IMG/VR virus record: IMGVR_UViG_3300020227_000010
Coordinates: 1 to 31,695 of that record
Source of the DNA: a virus
Lineage: Duplodnaviria; Caudoviricetes
Direction: 5' to 3' (one strand)
DNA length: 31,695 bases
Shown here piece after piece: positions 9,969 to 19,687 of the stretch. Each line of letters begins with the position of its first letter. Within the stretch, counting starts at the first letter, position 1. The notes beneath the pieces were generated by a model. That model ran no database searches, was not told where the DNA came from, and saw only the letters and a program-made list of their open reading frames with translations. The translations under genes and the position numbers were made by a program.

Positions 9969-12900
9969 TGGTTCAATTTAAAAAAGTTGAAATGCAGAAC
10001 TTCATGGCAATTAAAGAAGCTACCTTAGAATTAGATAATAGAGGTTTAATTCTAATAGAAGGTGAAAATAAAACAAACGAATCATTTCATTCTAATGGTT
10101 CTAGTAAATGTTTAAGTGGTAAAACAAGAGTTATAGATGGCACTACTAATGAGTATATAACAATAGAAGAATTTGTTAAAAAGAAAAGAAAAAAAGTATT
10201 AGGAATAAACAAAAAGTATAAAACAACACCTATGCAAGTTACTGATTGGCATGAAATACCTAATAAAGAGATGTTAAGAATAACTACACATTTAGGCAGT
10301 ACTATAGATATAGCTACAACACATCCCATGCTAACTGATAGAGGTTGTGTTAAAGGAAGTGATTTATACGAAGGTCAATGGGTAGCTGAAACGAGAAAAA
10401 CAAGATTAGGTGATGGTTTACATTACTCAAATAAATTCATGTTTGCAATAGGGTGTTTGATTGGTGATGGTGGTTTAAGAAAAGAGGAAATTTCCTTTAC
10501 AAATATGGAAGATGAATTATTTGAGGTAGTACTGGAGGGTATTAATACTGAATTTCCTGAAGTTGAATGGAGTAAATCAGAGAATAAAAAAAGTAAAGCT
10601 AAAACAGTAAGACTAAACAAAAGATTAAGGTTGAGAAATTTTTTAAAAAATATAGGTGTTTTAGTACATTCTAGGGATAAATGTATATCTCAAGACTTTT
10701 TATCAAGCCTCAATAAAGAACAAGTTAAGCACTTACTTTCAGGCTTATATAATACAGATGGAACATTTGGGAGTATAAATAATAAGAATCCTAGAAGAAC
10801 AATATCTTTTTCCACTTCTTCTCTAGGATTAGCTAATAACTTAAAAGAATTATGGCTAATGTTAGGAATACCTGTTATCTTTAGAAGACGTAAAGTTAAG
10901 GGATACGAACACAATAAGTATTATCAGTTAGATACATTAGCAAGCCAATGGTATAGTGTTATTAACTCTTTCCATCTTATAGGAGAGAAAAAGGAAAGAC
11001 TAGACCAGTTAAATAAATTATTTGAAAAAAAAGACACAACTAGAAACCCTCAAAATAATTGGGATTGTATACCACCTATATTTAATAATAAGCTAAATAC
11101 AACACCTGAGTATAAGGATAGATTGATTGGTCTTGTTTTACCTTATAGGACTAGAACACAACTTAAAAAACATGCTTTTAGTAGAAAAACTTACCAAGCA
11201 TGGTCTGGAGATAACGAAATTAGCCATTCGGATTTTATTTGGACTAAAATTAAAAAAATAGAAGAATTACCTAATGAAACATGTTATGATATTACTGTTA
11301 AATCTTATAACCATTTATATATAGCTGATAATTTCATAGTTCATAATTCTTCTATGCTATCTTCTATTACTTATGCTCTTTATGGTAAAACGGAAAAAGG
11401 TTTAAAAGCAGATGATGTTGTAAACAATAAGATAGGTAAAAACACATATGTTAAACTTTACTTTGATATTGGAGAAGACCATTATCGTATTGAAAGGTAT
11501 CGTAAAGATAAAGAGAATAAGAACAAAGTTAAACTATTTCTAAACGATAAAGATATTACAGGTTCTACAAATGATGTTACAGATAAACAAATACAAGAAT
11601 TATTTGGTATAGATTTTAATACTTATCTTAACTCTATCATATATGGACAAGGAGACATTCCAATGTTTTCTCAAGCCACTGATAAAGGTAAAAAAGAAAT
11701 CTTAGAGTCTATTACTAAAACAGATATTTATAAAGAAGCTCAAGAAGTAGCTAAAGAGAAATATAAAGAAGTAGAAGAAAAACAAAACAACTTAGAACAA
11801 GAAATTGAAAAAGTAGGTTATAAAAAAGAATTAACTGAACAGCAATTTCAAAAAGACTTTGAACAATATCAAGAAGTTAAAAAGAAACAAGAAGAAGAAC
11901 AAAAATATATTGAAGAACAAACAAATATTATAACTCAAGAAAGACAAAGATACAGTGAAGCTATAGAAAAAGTAAAGGAACAAATACCAAAAGTTCACAC
12001 TGAAGAATATATCTTCACAGACCAATACAACCTTTGTTCTGAAGGTATAGATAAGTTAAATAAAGCTCTTAAAGAAACACTTGAGCCTGAACAAGATGAC
12101 TTAATAGAACAACAAAAAGCAATACATTTCAATACGGTTATGACTAAAGATAACTTAGAGAAATTAGATACAAGTGATACTTGTCCTGTTTGTGGTTCAC
12201 CTATAGATAACTCTCATAAGATAAAAGAACAAGAAAAGATGAATGAAACAATATCTAACCAAGAGAATCAAGAAGAAGAATTACAAAAACAAATAAATCA
12301 ATATGCAGAAAAAATAGTAACTGTTAAAGATAAGATAGATGAACTGAGACAATTACAGGTTCAAGAAGAACAACAAAAAGAACAACTCGAAAAAGAGAAT
12401 AGGGAAAAGCTACAAAACCAACAGCAATACTATGATAAGATTTCTCAATTAGAAAGAGAAATGAATCAATTACAAGTACCTCAAGCAAATGATTATTCCT
12501 ATATTAAGGAGCCTAATCAAGAAGAACATCAAAAAGAAATAAAAGAATTAGAAAAAACTATTGACAACTATAAGGAAGATATAGTACAATTAGAAAGTAA
12601 GAAACAAAGATATAATCAAGCAGTTAATGCTTTTAGTAATAAAGGTATTCGTTCTGTAGTATTAGATTTCATTACACCTTTCTTAAATGAAAAAGCAAAT
12701 GAATATTTACAAACTTTAACAGGTTCAGGAATAGAGATAGAATTCCAAACACAAGTAGAAAATGCTAAAGGAGAACTTAAAGATAAGTTTGATGTCATTG
12801 TTAATAATAGTAAAGGTGGAAGTTCTTACAAGTCTAACTCAGCAGGAGAACAAAAACGAATTGATATTGCTATAAGCTTTGCAATACAGGACTTAATAAT

Positions 12901-13117
12901 GAGCAAAGAAGAAATATCAACGAATATTGCTCTGTATGATGAAGTATTTGATGGTTTAGATGCAATAGGTTGTGAGAATGTTATTAAACTACTTAAAGAT
13001 AGATTGAATATTGTAAGTACAATATTTGTTATTACACATAATGAAAATCTTAAGAGTTTGTTTGATAATACAATTAAAGTAATAAAAGAAGATGGAATAT
13101 CAAGATTGGAGGACTAA
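9968..13117 (+). CDS. sbcC: SbcC/Rad50-like ATPase precursor containing an intein; 1049 aa precursor, about 636 aa spliced
   Basis: Walker A reconstituted as GEN...NGSSK|SS, Q-loop YGQG, coiled coils, zinc hook CPVC, signature SAGEQKR, Walker B/D-loop LYDEVFDGLD, H-loop ITH. Confidence 0.92.
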   Translation: MVQFKKVEMQNFMAIKEATLELDNRGLILIEGENKTNESFHSNGSSKCLSGKTRVIDGTTNEYITIEEFVKKKRKKVLGINKKYKTTPMQVTDWHEIPNKEMLRITTHLGSTIDIATTHPMLTDRGCVKGSDLYEGQWVAETRKTRLGDGLHYSNKFMFAIGCLIGDGGLRKEEISFTNMEDELFEVVLEGINTEFPEVEWSKSENKKSKAKTVRLNKRLRLRNFLKNIGVLVHSRDKCISQDFLSSLNKEQVKHLLSGLYNTDGTFGSINNKNPRRTISFSTSSLGLANNLKELWLMLGIPVIFRRRKVKGYEHNKYYQLDTLASQWYSVINSFHLIGEKKERLDQLNKLFEKKDTTRNPQNNWDCIPPIFNNKLNTTPEYKDRLIGLVLPYRTRTQLKKHAFSRKTYQAWSGDNEISHSDFIWTKIKKIEELPNETCYDITVKSYNHLYIADNFIVHNSSMLSSITYALYGKTEKGLKADDVVNNKIGKNTYVKLYFDIGEDHYRIERYRKDKENKNKVKLFLNDKDITGSTNDVTDKQIQELFGIDFNTYLNSIIYGQGDIPMFSQATDKGKKEILESITKTDIYKEAQEVAKEKYKEVEEKQNNLEQEIEKVGYKKELTEQQFQKDFEQYQEVKKKQEEEQKYIEEQTNIITQERQRYSEAIEKVKEQIPKVHTEEYIFTDQYNLCSEGIDKLNKALKETLEPEQDDLIEQQKAIHFNTVMTKDNLEKLDTSDTCPVCGSPIDNSHKIKEQEKMNETISNQENQEEELQKQINQYAEKIVTVKDKIDELRQLQVQEEQQKEQLEKENREKLQNQQQYYDKISQLEREMNQLQVPQANDYSYIKEPNQEEHQKEIKELEKTIDNYKEDIVQLESKKQRYNQAVNAFSNKGIRSVVLDFITPFLNEKANEYLQTLTGSGIEIEFQTQVENAKGELKDKFDVIVNNSKGGSSYKSNSAGEQKRIDIAISFAIQDLIMSKEEISTNIALYDEVFDGLDAIGCENVIKLLKDRLNIVSTIFVITHNENLKSLFDNTIKVIKEDGISRLED
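10109..11347 (+). mobile_element. Intein (413 aa) with LAGLIDADG homing endonuclease in SbcC Walker A
   Basis: Starts CLSGKT, block B ATTHPML, IGCLIGDGG and LSGLYNTDG, block F CYDITV, ends FIVHN followed by +1 Ser. Confidence 0.93.
12561..12590 (+). promoter_or_regulatory. Possible internal sigma-A promoter within sbcC
   Basis: TTGACA (12561-12566), 18 bp, TACAAT (12585-12590). Confidence 0.45.
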
Positions 13118-13120
13118 TTA

Positions 13121-13759
13121 GTGAAATTAGTAATTAAAGATAGGGAAAATAGTTATTTAAAATGTAGATATAAAAACTCAGAGGATAGAATTGTTAAGGT
13201 TAATTTGGATAACTTAATTGAATGGTATCCGTTAAGCTTAGCATATGACTTGAAAATAAGTAATACAGGTGATAAGATACAATTATGTAGATTAACTTCT
13301 ACATTACCTAAACACTATAAAGAAACGGATACTTATTTAGTAGATGAACAAGATTATACTGAATACTTTACATTCGATAGTGTTAAAGAAGATAATCTTA
13401 AACTTAAAGAACGAGCAAAGGAATTTGGTATTACATTTATTGATGAAGATTTTGATATAGAAAAAGTACTAACGAATTTTGCTAAGATTAGAATGATTTT
13501 TGAAAAAGTTAATTTAATTGTACTAGATAAGTATAAAGAGACTTTAAATAATAAACAATTAAAGAGATTAATCGATAATGATTTAACAACGCAAATTGAT
13601 AGAGCATTAAGTAAGAGTGATGAAACTTTAAACAATGCTTATGATGAACTAGGACAGTTATATAACATGACTGTTATTATGAAAAAGATAGTTAGTATTG
13701 GAAAAGGTATAGGTTATAAGGATAGACTTGAAAGTCTTCAATATATGTTAAAGGATTGA
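13121..13759 (+). CDS. Anti-sigma factor/host transcription inhibitor (phage G1 gp67-like)
   Basis: Recognisable motifs NLIEWYPLSLAY...RL.STLP and ELGQLYNM..IMKKI; position between sbcC and primase. Confidence 0.8.
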   Translation: MKLVIKDRENSYLKCRYKNSEDRIVKVNLDNLIEWYPLSLAYDLKISNTGDKIQLCRLTSTLPKHYKETDTYLVDEQDYTEYFTFDSVKEDNLKLKERAKEFGITFIDEDFDIEKVLTNFAKIRMIFEKVNLIVLDKYKETLNNKQLKRLIDNDLTTQIDRALSKSDETLNNAYDELGQLYNMTVIMKKIVSIGKGIGYKDRLESLQYMLKD

Positions 13760-13763
13760 TGAT

Positions 13764-14825
13764 ATGAGATTTGAAGAATTTTTACAAGGTACTTTAGGTG
13801 CACCTTTAGAAAGTACAGTAGGGGAGTTAAGATATGATTGTCCATTTTGTTCAGACACTAAAAAACGTTTCTATGTTAAACAATCTTTAGATTCTAAGAA
13901 TGGTCAATACATTTGTTTTAACTGTGGTGAAACAGGAAACCCTATTACATTTATGAAACGATATTATAATGTTGATAGTAGAAATGCAGTAAAACTTTTG
14001 GAACAAAATAATATTGAAATTGGTATAGACAAAACAATTAAGTTTGATAATAGTTTATCAGATAGTGAAAAGTTAATACTTCTACTAAGAGGTGTAGAAC
14101 CTGAAGAATATGAAGTTAAAAAGAAACCACCTAAATTACCTTTTAATTACAAATTCTTATCTCAAAACTTATATAATAAAGAAGCTATTCCTTTTTTAAG
14201 GTATTTAAATAGCAGGGGAGTTACACTACAGCAAATAATAGAACATAATATTGCTTATACTGTAGAGTCTAAGTGTTATAAGTCAGATAATATTCAAACC
14301 TTTACTTTCTATAATAGTTTAATATTCTTCACATATAATGCACAAGGAGAGTACGTTTATTGGAATACAAGAAGTATCGTTCCAACTAAGATGAAAACAA
14401 TAAATGCTCCTGCTAGTGACGAACAGTATGGTAAGAAAGATGTTTTGTTTAACTTTAATAAAGCTAAAGACCAAAGAATGTTAATTATAACTGAGGGTGT
14501 TTTTGATGCACTAACATTCCATCAATATGGTATAGCTACATTTGGTAAAGCAGTATCTGATAATCAAATTAAATTGATTAAGAAATATGTAAAAACAGAG
14601 ACAGATATTTATTTAATGCTAGATAGTGATGCTTATGAGTATAATGTAAAAGTAGCAAGGGAATTATTTAAGAAGTTTCCAAATACGTATGTTGTACCTC
14701 ATGGAGAAGAAGACCCAAATGATTTAGGTACTGAGAAAGCTTTTCAATTAATTAAAGACAAAAGGATTAAAGCAACACCAGAAGGATTAACAAATTATGA
14801 AATTCAACAAAAACTTATAAATTAA
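13764..14825 (+). CDS. DNA primase
   Basis: Zinc finger CPFC...CFNC; TOPRIM motifs TEGVFDA, LDSDA, DPND. Confidence 0.92.
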   Translation: MRFEEFLQGTLGAPLESTVGELRYDCPFCSDTKKRFYVKQSLDSKNGQYICFNCGETGNPITFMKRYYNVDSRNAVKLLEQNNIEIGIDKTIKFDNSLSDSEKLILLLRGVEPEEYEVKKKPPKLPFNYKFLSQNLYNKEAIPFLRYLNSRGVTLQQIIEHNIAYTVESKCYKSDNIQTFTFYNSLIFFTYNAQGEYVYWNTRSIVPTKMKTINAPASDEQYGKKDVLFNFNKAKDQRMLIITEGVFDALTFHQYGIATFGKAVSDNQIKLIKKYVKTETDIYLMLDSDAYEYNVKVARELFKKFPNTYVVPHGEEDPNDLGTEKAFQLIKDKRIKATPEGLTNYEIQQKLIN

Positions 14826-14827
14826 GC

Positions 14828-14856
14828 TTGTAAAATACAAGATATTGTGGTATAAT
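14828..14856 (+). promoter_or_regulatory. Sigma-A promoter
   Basis: TTGTAA, 17 bp, TG-n-TATAAT; -35 lies in a short inverted repeat CTTGTA/TACAAG. Confidence 0.75.
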
Positions 14857-14885
14857 GAATATATCGACACAAGGAGGAAATGTAG

Positions 14886-15203
14886 ATGGAAGAGAAAGAA
14901 AGTATTTTAAATTATATTGATAAAGTTATTCATGGTATGACAATGAAAGATAAACAAGACTATGAAGAAGCTTTAAAAGAAGGTAGAGATATTAATGTTA
15001 CACGAGAAGAATTAGCATTAGTTGTAACTAACTTAATTCGTAACATTGATACACAAATGACTAATACAGAAGATGGGTTAGTTGAAGATTTAAACATCAT
15101 GATTGAATCTATGATTGACACAGGAATTATTACAGAAGATACTGTAGAAGAGATGCAAAATAAAATTTATGAAAATAAACAAAAAGTAGAGGAGAATGAA
15201 TAA
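14886..15203 (+). CDS. Conserved hypothetical protein (105 aa)
   Basis: SD AAGGAGG; synteny after primase. Confidence 0.75.
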   Translation: MEEKESILNYIDKVIHGMTMKDKQDYEEALKEGRDINVTREELALVVTNLIRNIDTQMTNTEDGLVEDLNIMIESMIDTGIITEDTVEEMQNKIYENKQKVEENE

Positions 15204-15598
15204 TGGCTGAAGAAAAACAAATTAGTGAACAAGATTTAAGAATGTGGGTAGAATTTATTACATTTGGTAAAGTAGAAGGTAAAGAACCTTCTGAAAAACA
15301 AGTAAAACAATTAGAACGTTTATCTAAGAGAACAGTAAACTTAGCTGATGCTTCTACAATTGCACAGTACTTAGTACGTCTAGAAACTCAAAGTGATATT
15401 AATAACTTAACAGCAATGTTAGACTCAGTATTCTTTATTTTACGAGATAAACTTAATGTAAATACAGAAGATATTGAAAGAGCTCTTGATGAAAGAGAGA
15501 AAGAAATCCAAGAGAAATTCAAAGAAGACCAAGAAGCAGCAGAAAAAGAAGAAAACTCTGATGAGAAAGTTGTCCAATTCAAGAAAGACGATAAATAA
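15203..15598 (+). CDS. Conserved hypothetical protein (131 aa)
   Basis: SD GAGGAG; TAATG overlaps both sides. Confidence 0.75.
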   Translation: MAEEKQISEQDLRMWVEFITFGKVEGKEPSEKQVKQLERLSKRTVNLADASTIAQYLVRLETQSDINNLTAMLDSVFFILRDKLNVNTEDIERALDEREKEIQEKFKEDQEAAEKEENSDEKVVQFKKDDK

Positions 15599-16206
15599 TG
15601 GTTAATAGTAAACAAAAAGGTAATACTTTCGAGAGAAAGATTGCTAAAGTCCTTGGTGATTGGTGGGGGTTCAAATTCTCTAGAACTCCTCAATCAGGAG
15701 GTTCTCATTGGTTAGCTGATAATAATGCGGTAGGAGATATAGTTGCTCCTCCGCAAGCTAACTTTCCATTAGTAATAGAATGTAAGCATAGAGAAAATTG
15801 GACAATAGAAAATATAATGCTTAATAATAAAGACCCACATACTTGGTGGGAGCAAGTAATCACTGACTCAAATAGAATAGGTAAAGCTCCTTGTCTGATA
15901 TTCACAAGGAATAGAGCTAACACATTTGTAGCATTACCTTATATCGAAAGTGTATATGAAGATGTAAGAGATACAGGTGAGCCTATCATGAGGACAGACT
16001 TCATTACTGAAAATATAAGAAAAGATAAACAATATTTTGATGTAATGATAATGACCATTGATACGTTGACCAGTTTTAAGACCTCCTATATTAAATATCA
16101 CTATGACGATTTTAAGCCTGAACCTTATAAAGTGATAGAAAGTGAAACTACACAAGATAATAAGGATGAGGATAAAGCTATCGAAAATATTATGGATAAA
16201 TTATAA
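15598..16206 (+). CDS. Holliday junction resolvase (Hjc-like PD-(D/E)xK)
   Basis: NSKQKGNTFER, SGG, GDI, IECK motifs. Confidence 0.85.
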   Translation: MVNSKQKGNTFERKIAKVLGDWWGFKFSRTPQSGGSHWLADNNAVGDIVAPPQANFPLVIECKHRENWTIENIMLNNKDPHTWWEQVITDSNRIGKAPCLIFTRNRANTFVALPYIESVYEDVRDTGEPIMRTDFITENIRKDKQYFDVMIMTIDTLTSFKTSYIKYHYDDFKPEPYKVIESETTQDNKDEDKAIENIMDKL

Positions 16207-16220
16207 GGAGAAGATGTTTT

Positions 16221-16613
16221 GTGTTAGAAGAAAGACCTACTCTAGTTTATTTCAGTGGTACAGGACAAACAAAAAGATTGATAGATAAGATAAATAATGG
16301 TAACTTTAATGTATTAAGAATACAAAGAGGTACTGAAATCATAGAAGGTGATTATATATTGGTAACACCTACTTATAAAAGAGGTAGTATCCCTAAACCT
16401 GTTGAAAGATTTCTTAAGAATAATAAAGCCCCTAGAGAAGTTATAGGAACAGGAAACAAACAGTGGGGAGAATACTTCTGTGGTGCAAGTAAAAAAATAT
16501 CTGAAATGTTTAATATACCTCTGATTGCTAAAATAGAGCAATCAGGGCATTTTAATGAAGTTGATAAAATAAAGAGTTATTTTGAAGAGAAATATAATAC
16601 AGTAGGAGTGTAG
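16221..16613 (+). CDS. nrdI: Class Ib ribonucleotide reductase flavodoxin NrdI
   Basis: VYFSGTGQT, LVTPTY, IGTGNKQWGEYFC, KIEQSG; upstream of nrdE. Confidence 0.9.
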   Translation: MLEERPTLVYFSGTGQTKRLIDKINNGNFNVLRIQRGTEIIEGDYILVTPTYKRGSIPKPVERFLKNNKAPREVIGTGNKQWGEYFCGASKKISEMFNIPLIAKIEQSGHFNEVDKIKSYFEEKYNTVGV

Positions 16614-16617
16614 CTAA

Positions 16618-17763
16618 TTGGCAACATATGGAGAATGGATAAAACTTAATAACGAAGTTACACAGTTAGATGAAACTGGGAGAAATAAGTTATATAAAGA
16701 TAAAGAAGCTAAAGAAGCATATGAAGAATATGTAAAAGAAAATACTAAAGAATTTAAAAATGAAGTTGAAAGATTTCATTATATGATAGATAATGGTTTA
16801 TATGATAAAATATTAAAAGATATACCAAATACAATTATAGAAGAAATGCACAACTTAGCATACTCTTATAATTTTGAATTCCAAAGTTTTATGGCAGTAC
16901 AAAAGTTCTATGAAAACTATTCATTAATAGAGTATAAAGAAGATAAATCATTTAATTTTATAGAAAATTATGAACAACATAATGTTAGGGTAGCTTTATA
17001 TCTATTTAAAGGAAATTATGTAAAAGCTAGAGAAATGTTAGAACAGATGATGGAACAAACGGTTCAATTATCTACACCAACATATCTTAATAGTGGTGTT
17101 CAAAAACGAGGAGAATTAAGTTCTTGTTACCTATTTGTAGTTGATGATAACATTGAGTCTATGAACTTTGTTGTGGATAGTGTTAAACAAGCAAGCAAAC
17201 ATTCAGGTGGTGTGGCAGTTGATGCTACAAGAATAAGACCTAAAGGAGCTCGTGTACAAGGGCAACCTAATGCTAGTAAAGGTGTAATACCTTTCGCTAA
17301 GTCTATAGAACAAGGTGTAAGTCACTTTGACCAAGCAGGAAAACGTCAAGGCTCCGCAGCACTTTATTTAAACATTTTCCATCAAGATATAGAAGATGTA
17401 TTAAGTTCTAAGAAGATTAATGCTAGTGAGAAGGTTAGATTAGACACTTTATCCTTAGGGGTAACAATTCCTAATAAGTTTATGGAGTTAGTTGAAAAAG
17501 ACTCTGATATTCATTTATTTGACACATATAACTTACATCAGGTTACAGGTAAACATTTAGATGAGATTGATTTTAAAACAGAGTATGAAGATTTAGTTAA
17601 TAATCCTAAAGTAGAAACTAAAAAAATAAAAGCTAGGGACTTAATGACAGACATTGCTAAAACACAATTAGAATCAGGTTATCCTTATGTGTTCTATATA
17701 GATAATGCAAATGATAACCACCCATTGAAAAATCTGGGAAAAATAAGAATGAGTAATTTGTGT
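16618..17763 (+). CDS. nrdE: Ribonucleotide reductase class Ib alpha subunit, exon 1 (382 codons; spliced product 704 aa)
   Basis: TTG start; STPTYLN, LSSCY, QAGKRQG, ESGYPY, ends MSNLC; joins in frame to TEISQ at 18705. Confidence 0.92.
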
Positions 17764-18704
17764 AAATAAATGCACCTTTAACGAGCAATTGTTATCGAAA
17801 AATCCATCTAAAACGGGGAAGCCTAAGTCAAATGATATGGTAATCCGTCGCTAAATATATAAATTGTAATCACTCATAGGAGAGTGATATTATGGAAAAT
17901 AAACCTATCGGAGCTGTTTATGTTACTATATGTTCTGTAAATGGTAAACAGTACATTGGAAAATTTCTTTATAACAGGATAAATAATTGGGAAAAATATT
18001 TAGGTTCAGGTAGATACTTACAAGAAGACATTAAAAAGTATGGTAAAGATAAGTTTACTAAAGAAATTATAAAAAATTACTATACGACAGAAGAATTAGA
18101 AAAAGCTGAAGAAGAATTAATCTTAAAAACTAACGCAGTTCATGATGATAACTACTATAATGTAAAACTATCTTCCGTAGGAGGAGATATATTTACAACA
18201 AACCCTCGAAAAGAAGAACTTAGAGAAATGAGAAAGCAACAAATGAGTGGTCGAGGTAATCATCAGTATGGTAAACCTAAAACAGAAAAGATGTTAAGTT
18301 CTGTAAAAAAAGCTAACTCTAGGGCGATAGAGATAGATGGTATAAAATATGATAGCACATCTGAAGCATCTAGAACTTTAGGTATAGGACATACTACAAT
18401 TGGTTACAGATTAGATTCTGATAACTACCCTGAATATAAAAGATTAACACCTAGAAAATTTGAAAAGAAATGATTACAATTTATATTAAAAGCCCAACGA
18501 CTATCCGTAACCTATTCACATAAGTGAAGGGATAAGGTTAGAGCCAAGTGGTCAAGGTATCGAGTAATAATCGTGTAAATCCTTGTTAAATCGAAACGGT
18601 GGACTTCCTATAAGGAAGAATGATATAGTCTACTCTATATGGAAACATATAGCAGTCTTAATAGAAGACGGACAATGATTAACGACCATTGTTGAATATA
18701 CAGG
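17764..18704 (+). mobile_element. Group I intron (941 nt) in nrdE carrying a GIY-YIG endonuclease gene
   Basis: Exon ends in U, P1 GTGT/GCAC with U-G wobble; CAACGACTA (18495-18503) and GATATAGTC (18622-18630) P7 elements; terminal G 18704; removal restores SNLC|TEI. Confidence 0.92.
17892..18473 (+). CDS. Intron-encoded GIY-YIG homing endonuclease
   Basis: AVY-x10-YIG, YLGSG, YYN; NUMOD3-like GRGNHQYGK and C-terminal HTH YDSTSEASRTLGI. Confidence 0.85.
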   Translation: MENKPIGAVYVTICSVNGKQYIGKFLYNRINNWEKYLGSGRYLQEDIKKYGKDKFTKEIIKNYYTTEELEKAEEELILKTNAVHDDNYYNVKLSSVGGDIFTTNPRKEELREMRKQQMSGRGNHQYGKPKTEKMLSSVKKANSRAIEIDGIKYDSTSEASRTLGIGHTTIGYRLDSDNYPEYKRLTPRKFEKK

Positions 18705-19673
18705 ACAGAAATTTCTCAGCTACAAGAAATATCAGACATTTTCCCTTACTTATTAAGAGACCAAGATGTGATAGGGAAAGATGTTGTATGCACACTAGCA
18801 TCATTAAACTTAGTAAATGTTGTAGAAAAAGGACTTATTAAAGAATCTGTTAATATGGGTATTCGTTCATTATCTAAAGTTACAGATATTATGAATGTAC
18901 CATTCTTACCTAGTGTTCAAAAAGCAAATGATGAGCTAAGAGCTATAGGTTTAGGTAGTTTAAATCTACATGGATTGCTTGCTAAGAATGGTATTAGTTA
19001 TGGTTCTAGACAAGCATTAGACTTAATTAACAGTCTATTTAGTGCAATTAGATTCCATGCTATTAAATCATCTATGGAATTAGCTAAAGAGACAGGTAAA
19101 ACATTTACAGGTTTTGAACACTCAGAATATGCTAATGGTAACGAATTTGTTAAATATATTCAAAACTCACATGAACCTAGAACAGACAAAGCTAAAGAAG
19201 TATTATCAAAAACATATATCCCTACTCAAGATGATTGGGATATACTAGCTAAAGAGGTTAAGAAAAATGGATTGTACAATGCTTATCATTTAGCTATTGC
19301 ACCAACTCAAAGTATTTCCTATGTACAAAATGCTACAAGTTCTATTATGCCTGTTCCTAGTGCAATAGAAAATAGACAGTATGGAGATATGGAAACTTAC
19401 TATCCAATGCCTTATTTAGATGCTAGGACACAATTCTTTTATGATTTTGAGTCTGCATATAGATTAGACAACAAGAAAATTATAAATACAAGTGCTGTTG
19501 TTCAAAAACACACAGACCAAGCAGTATCTACAATACTTTATGTAGAGTCAGAAATACCAACAAATAAACTAGCTTCATTATATTATTATGCTTGGAAAAA
19601 AGGTTTAAAATCATTATACTATACACGTTCAAGAAAACTTTCTGTTATTGAATGTGAAACATGTTCAGTTTAG
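18705..19673 (+). CDS. nrdE: Ribonucleotide reductase class Ib alpha subunit, exon 2
   Basis: TEISQ..., VCTLASLNL, AIAPTQSIS, KSLYY, C-terminal CETCSV. Confidence 0.92.
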   Translation, partial: TEISQLQEISDIFPYLLRDQDVIGKDVVCTLASLNLVNVVEKGLIKESVNMGIRSLSKVTDIMNVPFLPSVQKANDELRAIGLGSLNLHGLLAKNGISYGSRQALDLINSLFSAIRFHAIKSSMELAKETGKTFTGFEHSEYANGNEFVKYIQNSHEPRTDKAKEVLSKTYIPTQDDWDILAKEVKKNGLYNAYHLAIAPTQSISYVQNATSSIMPVPSAIENRQYGDMETYYPMPYLDARTQFFYDFESAYRLDNKKIINTSAVVQKHTDQAVSTILYVESEIPTNKLASLYYYAWKKGLKSLYYTRSRKLSVIECETCSV

Positions 19674-19687
19674 AAAGGAAATAGATA

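Noticed and set aside
18768-19673. Separate 301-aa gene starting at GTG 18768
   Set aside because: It is nrdE exon 2; the frame extends to the splice junction at 18705
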